Positions 26,818 through 32,000 of a stretch of DNA of 32,000 nt are shown here, piece after piece. Position numbers and translations under genes: made by a program. The stretch's first letter is position 1. Each line of letters begins with the position of its first letter. The stretch is taken from assembly GCA_039025345.1 (NCBI GenBank), contig JBCCOO010000022.1, positions 15,790-47,789 on the forward strand, read 5' to 3'. This stretch comes from Cyanobacteria bacterium P01_D01_bin.105 (GTDB taxonomy: Bacteria; Cyanobacteriota; Cyanobacteriia; Phormidesmidales; Phormidesmidaceae). The notes beneath the pieces were generated by a model. The model saw nothing but the letters and a program-made list of their open reading frames with translations, was not told where the DNA came from and did not search any database.

Positions 26818-28785
26818 ATGTTTCTTCGGAGCCTACTGCGTCAGCCTAGTTGCAAAAATCAGCGTGCCCCTCGGTTGGGGTCCTCACGCATAGTCTCTTT
26901 AAGCTTGTTGACGGGGCTAGGGTGGGCTGTGTTCAACTCCATTGACTTGCAGCCTGCACCTGTCCCATCCATTGGCTCAATTGAGCCATCTTCATCCATT
27001 CCTACACTTGCTCAGACAGCAGCGCCAGATGGTTGGCCACCTGTTATCAGCTCAGAGTCAACTGTTCTCAGCGCTTCTCAGCCTCTGGGGAAAGTGGTTA
27101 ATGCTCAAGTTCCGCCTACTGATACTTTGAGCGGTTCGAGCGGTAACAGTATTCGCATTAACGGTCATCAACTGTCTGGACGCTGGCAACAAAGGAGCGG
27201 TCGTATCGGCATCTCAAGTAAAACCATGACTGAGGTGTTGGGCATAGAACTCATGAGTACCTCTGTGCCAACGGAGCAACCTGTTCGCTGGTTCTCCGGG
27301 AGTAACGATGAGGTCATAACCCTCCCCGCTTGGTGGGATGCCACGGATCGCTATTTAGACATAACAGACTTGGCTATGAGGGCTGGTTGGGTAGGCCAGC
27401 CGATAGGGTCAACGTTAGATTTGGCCTTACCGCAGAGTGATGTTAAGGGGATTCGTCAGGGGAAACAGACTTGGGGCGATCGCATCGTTGTGGATCTCTC
27501 TGGGCCTGCCACTTGGCAAGTCTCAGAAGCTGCCGATGGTTATACTCTGACGGTCGGCGGAAAAATAACTCAGCAAATTGTCAAAGACTTCAAAGCAGCG
27601 CGTGGAAATCTCATCACCCAGCTACACGTAGCACCTCTCAACGGGAGCACCATACTCAAGGTCAAAACTAAAGCCGGTGCTCGCCCACAAGTTTGGTCTA
27701 CGGGCAATCCAGCACGAGTAGTCATAGACATTCGCAAAGACGCAATGGTAGAGCGAGACATTGCCTGGGCTCCCGGTCTGCGCTGGCGGCAGCAATATGT
27801 TCCTGTAGGCGCTCACCGCTTTCCAGTTTATATGTTCATTGCCCAGCCCAATCCGTCAACGCTATCGCTACGCACCATTCACGCCCGTCCCGGCAGTGCC
27901 ACTGGCATTGAACCGATTATCCGACAGGCACAAGCACAAGGTGTAACGGGAGCCGTGAACGCAGGCTTCTTTAATCGAAACAATCAGCTGCCTTTAGGCG
28001 CAGTGCGTAACCAAGGTGAATGGATTTCAGGGCCGATTTTGGGTCGGGGGGCAATGGCTTGGAACGATCAGGGTGATTTGGTGATGGATCGCCTAGCACT
28101 GACTGAGGTCGTTAGAACAGAATCGGGCGAGAATTTACCTGTACTCGCTGTTAACAGTGGCTATGTTCAAGCAGGGATTGCCCGCTACACTCGTGGCTGG
28201 GGCACAAACTATACGCCGCTGATTGATGGCGAAATTGTTGTCACAGTGCGCAACGATCAAGTCACTGCTCAGCAGACATTAGGAAAAGCGGGCACCGGCA
28301 ATGTGACTATTCCAGCAGATGGCTACTTGCTGACACTCCGTAACAACCGAGGCGCTGCACGGCATTTCGCCCCAGAAAAACGGGTAGCGCTCATCAGTTA
28401 CACTCAGCCAGCCGCATTTGACCAATATCCAAACGTGGTCGGCGGTGGCCCCCTATTGATACGAGATCGCCGGGTTGTGCTCAACCCTCAGCTAGAGGGG
28501 TTCAGCAAAAACTTTACCGAAGGTGCCGCCCCCCGCACTGCTGTGGGCAAAACATCAGAAGGGACTTGGCTAATTGTAACAATGCATGATCGCGTTGGCG
28601 GCAGAGGCCCAACCCTCACCGAAACTGCCCAAATCATGAAACAACTAGGCGCTGTCGATGCACTCAATCTAGATGGTGGAAGTTCATCTAGCTTGTATTT
28701 AGGCGGCCAGCTATTAAACCGCCACCCTCGAACAGCAGCTAGGGTAAATAATGGAATTGGCCTGTTCGTACTAGGCGCACCATGA
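26818..28785 (+). CDS. Secreted or membrane-anchored protein with an AMIN-like domain and a C-terminal phosphodiester glycosidase (DUF2233) domain
   Basis: The ORF is open from GTG 26725, but ATG 26818 (MFLRSLLRQ...) precedes a signal-anchor helix (IVSLSLLTGLGWAVF). An AMIN-like segment is present (GDRIVVDLSGP...ARVVIDIRKD). DUF2233-like motifs are AVNAGFFN, VGGGPLL and ALNLDGGSSSSLY. Confidence 0.7.
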   Translation: MFLRSLLRQPSCKNQRAPRLGSSRIVSLSLLTGLGWAVFNSIDLQPAPVPSIGSIEPSSSIPTLAQTAAPDGWPPVISSESTVLSASQPLGKVVNAQVPPTDTLSGSSGNSIRINGHQLSGRWQQRSGRIGISSKTMTEVLGIELMSTSVPTEQPVRWFSGSNDEVITLPAWWDATDRYLDITDLAMRAGWVGQPIGSTLDLALPQSDVKGIRQGKQTWGDRIVVDLSGPATWQVSEAADGYTLTVGGKITQQIVKDFKAARGNLITQLHVAPLNGSTILKVKTKAGARPQVWSTGNPARVVIDIRKDAMVERDIAWAPGLRWRQQYVPVGAHRFPVYMFIAQPNPSTLSLRTIHARPGSATGIEPIIRQAQAQGVTGAVNAGFFNRNNQLPLGAVRNQGEWISGPILGRGAMAWNDQGDLVMDRLALTEVVRTESGENLPVLAVNSGYVQAGIARYTRGWGTNYTPLIDGEIVVTVRNDQVTAQQTLGKAGTGNVTIPADGYLLTLRNNRGAARHFAPEKRVALISYTQPAAFDQYPNVVGGGPLLIRDRRVVLNPQLEGFSKNFTEGAAPRTAVGKTSEGTWLIVTMHDRVGGRGPTLTETAQIMKQLGAVDALNLDGGSSSSLYLGGQLLNRHPRTAARVNNGIGLFVLGAP

Positions 28786-29274
28786 ACGCTTAAAACGGGA
28801 ACCATTCAATAGCGGCTGGCTGTAAACATAAGGTATGGGTTAGCAGCTTTGACTTCTTCTTCAATGATTACTAACTAGGATGAAGACTTGATAGAGAAGA
28901 GCGTTTAGTGGCCTGTGATGCTTTACAGACCACCGAAGCGCACTGTTAAAATCAAGCTGTATTGGAATGGAAATGCCTCGAGAAGGAAGCGGGCACCTTT
29001 CTGCTCTCTTAGGTCTTGCTCTTACAGGACATGCCCTTACAGGGCGTAGAGTTCATAGGATATGGAAAGTTAGCTCTAGAGAAGTCAGCCCTAGATGAGC
29101 TTAGAGATTGAGGCCACTGCCTGCAAAAACAGTTTTCACGAGATGTTTCACTTCAGCTCAATATTCTAAGTCTTCAGTTTTACGCGCCAGGTTATCCAAA
29201 CCTGCTTTCATTCAAATTCATTAGTCCAAATTTGTTTACGAAGAGATATCCTCACTTAGGAGACTATCCACATC

Positions 29275-29703
29275 ATGGTTCAAACAAAAGAGCTAGCAAC
29301 AGCTAACACAGGTATCAGTAGCAAGGCTGCTGGCCCAGAAACCTTTGAAGGTGTAGCTGCCACCGAACTCAGGCCCTGGGGTTCATTCACCGTCCTAGAA
29401 GAAGGTATCGGTTATAAGATTAAGCGTATTGAAGTGAAACCAGGCCATCGACTAAGCCTACAGATGCACCATCACCGTAGTGAGCACTGGATCGTGGTTT
29501 CAGGCACTGCCAAAGTGACTTGCGGCGACAAAGAAATCATGCTCTGCACAAATCAATCCACATATGTACCTGCCTGCACGAATCACCGTCTAGAAAATTG
29601 CGGCGTCATTCCCTTGGTTCTCATTGAGGTACAAAACGGCCAGTACCTAGGTGAAGATGACATTACTCGTTTTCAAGACGACTACGCTCGTAGCTCCGAG
29701 TAG
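29275..29703 (+). CDS. Cupin-fold protein of the type II phosphomannose isomerase C-terminal domain family
   Basis: 142-aa ORF with RPWGSFTVLEEG..YKIKRIEVKPGHRLSLQMHHHRSEHWIVVSGTAKV and NHRLEN. This matches the ManC/PMI cupin pattern. Confidence 0.8.
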   Translation: MVQTKELATANTGISSKAAGPETFEGVAATELRPWGSFTVLEEGIGYKIKRIEVKPGHRLSLQMHHHRSEHWIVVSGTAKVTCGDKEIMLCTNQSTYVPACTNHRLENCGVIPLVLIEVQNGQYLGEDDITRFQDDYARSSE

Positions 29704-29729
29704 ATTAGAGGCAGTCTAAATATGGGGTT

Positions 29730-29773
29730 AAAAAGAGTAAGGAGAGAACCGAAGCCCTCCCCTTACTCTTTTT
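29730..29773. terminator. Rho-independent terminator downstream of the cupin gene
   Basis: A 17-bp stem with one mismatch (AAAAAGAGTAAGGAGAG / CTCCCCTTACTCTTTTT) and a 10-nt loop. It has flanking A and T runs. Confidence 0.65.
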
Positions 29774-30078
29774 AGGTCGCTTTCTCAATAGTCTAGCTCT
29801 AGCGTCATGGTCTACATCTAGCGCCATGACCAGCATATGGGCGAATGGTTTGAGTACCGTTCCCCTATGCGTACCGTTCCGCCATATGCTGACTACACCC
29901 ATATGCTGGCTACATCAAGGCTTATAACTGAGCGTATAAGTCTGATGGCGTTCAGGCTAAAGCTCACAGGACAACATAGAGAAGAACCAGATAGGTGATC
30001 GGTGATATTTGGGCGTGAGCAAGAAAGGGACAGCAGGCTAACTTACAATCAGCTGGATAAGTAAAATCACAACAGCTC

Positions 30079-30432
30079 ATGATTCAGCTCACCCCTGCCG
30101 CTTGCCAAGAAATCAACCGTTTGCGCGTTCGGCAGGGGCGACCCAGTGCCCTTTGCCGATTAGATTTACAGCCCAGCGAGTGCGCGCAGTGGGCCTATGT
30201 GTTGAGCTTAGAGGATGTCATTGCAGAAGATGACGACGTGCATACCTTTGATTCTGATGGCGGCGATGGACTGGAGGTGATACAGGTAGTTGTTAAAAAA
30301 AGCGATCGGCTCTCCTATATTCAAGGCCTCCAAATCGACTTTTCCGAAGATCTTCAAGGCGGAGCTTTTCGCTTTGATAATCCGCAGGCTACTGAAAGTT
30401 GCCGGTGCGGATATGCTTTCGCTATTCGCTAG
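30079..30432 (+). CDS. HesB/IscA family iron-sulfur cluster assembly accessory protein (divergent, with an acidic insertion)
   Basis: 117-aa ORF with an N-terminal MIQLTPAACQEINRL and a C-terminal CRCGYAF (C-x-C-G-x-x-F signature). The internal segment AEDDDVHTFDSDGGDG is atypical. Confidence 0.6.
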   Translation: MIQLTPAACQEINRLRVRQGRPSALCRLDLQPSECAQWAYVLSLEDVIAEDDDVHTFDSDGGDGLEVIQVVVKKSDRLSYIQGLQIDFSEDLQGGAFRFDNPQATESCRCGYAFAIR

Positions 30433-30477
30433 GGTGACTGAATAGTCGAACCAAGCTTGCCAAATGTGTGGTCTGGA

Positions 30478-30507
30478 TTGACAGGTTGAAAAAATAATTG
30501 ATATCAT
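30478..30507 (+). promoter_or_regulatory. Candidate sigma70-type promoter of the str operon
   Basis: Consensus -35 TTGACA (30478-30483), an 18-nt spacer, and -10 TATCAT (30502-30507), about 60 nt upstream of the rpsL ATG. Confidence 0.4.
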
Positions 30508-30566
30508 CAAAAGCCTGCAAAAATTATCCTGTGGAGAAATGACCTCCGCTCTATCACCAATACTCA

Positions 30567-30941
30567 ATGCCTACGATTCAACAGCTCATTCGCACTGAGC
30601 GTTCAAAAGCAACCAAAAAGACAAAGTCTCCCGCACTCAAGAGCTGCCCTCAGCGACGCGGTGTATGTACTCGTGTGTACACCACAACGCCTAAGAAGCC
30701 CAATTCAGCCCTGCGAAAGGTCGCTAGGGTTCGTTTAACATCTGGGTTTGAAGTAACTGCTTACATCCCTGGAATTGGCCACAACTTGCAAGAGCACTCC
30801 GTAGTCATGATTCGTGGTGGTCGTGTTAAGGATCTTCCTGGTGTTCGCTATCACATCATTCGTGGAACCCTTGACACCGCAGGTGTGAAAGATCGTCGCC
30901 AAAGTCGCTCTAAGTACGGCGCTAAGAAACCCAAAGAATAA
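30567..30941 (+). CDS. rpsL: 30S ribosomal protein S12
   Basis: 124-aa [12 protein letters not shown]...[19 protein letters not shown]...VRYHIIRG. This is a near-universal S12 sequence. Confidence 0.98.
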   Translation: MPTIQQLIRTERSKATKKTKSPALKSCPQRRGVCTRVYTTTPKKPNSALRKVARVRLTSGFEVTAYIPGIGHNLQEHSVVMIRGGRVKDLPGVRYHIIRGTLDTAGVKDRRQSRSKYGAKKPKE

Positions 30942-31245
30942 AAGTATTTCATGAGAAAAGGTTAGCTTCCTGTGTGGTGCCAACTTGCTTAGAGCGCAGC
31001 GGATATGATGCTGAAATTCCCTGCAGCTCAAAGCTCGCTGGTTTTCGTTGCATTCCACCCTCGGAAATTTCAGCTCTCTTCTCACTACCCACCTCAGGCT
31101 ATGCGAGCACATCTTAAATAACAGAAGCGCTCGGTTCAGCCCTACTCGCTTGGTAGCTGCACCAAGGCATTCTCAAATATACAGATAGCTCCAGCTTCAT
31201 CCCATTCAACTTAACTCTAACCAAACACTCTAGGACTGCAACACC

Positions 31246-31716
31246 ATGTCACGCCGTTCAGCCGCGCAAAAACGTACCGTTCCCCCAGACTCTGTTTACA
31301 ACAGTCGCTTAGTTAGCATGATGTCTCGTCGAATCATGCTGAGTGGCAAAAAATCAGTTGCCAACAAAATTCTCTACGGAGCCTTCAAGATTATTGAAGA
31401 GCGCACAGGCAACGATCCGCTAGAAGTATTTGAGCAGGCTGTCCGTAACACAACGCCGCTGGTAGAAGTAAAGGCTCGCCGTGTCGGCGGGGCAACCTAT
31501 CAGGTGCCTATGGAGGTTCGCTCAGAGCGAGGCACTGCCTTATCCTTGCGCTGGATTACTCAATTCTCTCGCTCGCGCGGCGGCCGTACAATGGCAAGTA
31601 AGCTGGCTAACGAGCTAATTGATGCGTCCAATGAAACAGGTGGCGCGGTTCGTAAGCGTGAGGAGACTCATCGTATGGCCGAAGCAAACAAAGCGTTTGC
31701 TCACTACCGTTACTAA
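31246..31716 (+). CDS. rpsG: 30S ribosomal protein S7
   Basis: 156-aa ORF with [17 protein letters not shown] and [20 protein letters not shown]. Confidence 0.98.
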   Translation: MSRRSAAQKRTVPPDSVYNSRLVSMMSRRIMLSGKKSVANKILYGAFKIIEERTGNDPLEVFEQAVRNTTPLVEVKARRVGGATYQVPMEVRSERGTALSLRWITQFSRSRGGRTMASKLANELIDASNETGGAVRKREETHRMAEANKAFAHYRY

Positions 31717-31975
31717 TGCCATACTCCTCAGGGAAACGGACTTCCTTGTTTATGTGCATGCTCTCTTGCTTTCTATAGTAGAGGGGGTGCAATGTGTCTG
31801 ATTTTTAAGTCTGATTGCTTAAAGAGAATGCAACGCCCATACCTCGGATAGAAGCTGAAACCTGGTCGAGTGTATCAGCCGCCAAACTTCTGGATAGTTT
31901 TGTCCAGGGATTTTTTATAATCTAGGCTCGTATCGCATCAATTTTCGTTGTGACTTGCCATCATGGAGGAGCGTC

Positions 31976-32000
31976 ATGGCCCGTACTACCCCTTTAGAAA
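31976..32000 (+). CDS. fusA: 5' end of elongation factor G (continues beyond the window)
   Basis: ATG 31976 is preceded by a GGAGGA Shine-Dalgarno sequence 5 nt upstream. It encodes MARTTPLE, the typical EF-G N-terminus, and sits in the expected position after rpsG. Confidence 0.75.

Noticed and set aside
1-32000. Search for tRNA/rRNA/tmRNA/RNase P/SRP RNA cores, CRISPR repeats, transposases, integrases and prophage genes
   Set aside because: I saw none: no T-loop GTTCGAATC-type motifs in a cloverleaf context, no GAAAGTCC (RNase P) core, no regularly spaced repeats, and no transposase-like ORFs.

Overview
This is a cyanobacterial chromosomal segment. The evidence is at least 15 copies of the HIP1 octamer GCGATCGC, a ferredoxin-type glutamate synthase, phytoene synthase, an RRM-type Rbp with a PDPRWA tail, and an rpsL-rpsG-fusA operon. 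Most of the window is housekeeping: cbiA 3' end, SDR39U1-type epimerase, SbcD-like phosphoesterase, TSUP permease, TPR/M48-like membrane protein, rbp, crtB, glyA, MraY/WecA-family transferase, cinA, aroQ, miaE, GNAT, gltS, AMIN/DUF2233 protein, cupin PMI, IscA-like protein and the str operon. I found no tRNA, rRNA, CRISPR array or transposase. The one accessory-looking locus is at 15.8-18.6 kb. It is a MutL/MORC-like GHKL ATPase frame cut by a single in-frame TAA, and its end overlaps by 11 nt the start of an intact C5 cytosine methyltransferase. No nuclease is recognisable, so this is a nuclease-less ATPase-methyltransferase module of unclear function. It could be a decaying or atypical R-M or defence module, or an epigenetic or repair module possibly linked to HIP1 methylation. 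Secondary observations: an orphan strong intrinsic terminator in an 870-bp gene-free spacer (candidate sRNA), an unannotated 44-codon ORF with a Shine-Dalgarno sequence, several unusually long perfect palindromes (28-48 bp) at gene ends, an M48-like protein with YEMSH in place of HExxH, paired tandem repeats upstream of the IscA-like gene, and unusually long spacers inside the str operon. All functional calls come from motif recognition by eye. No database search was run.
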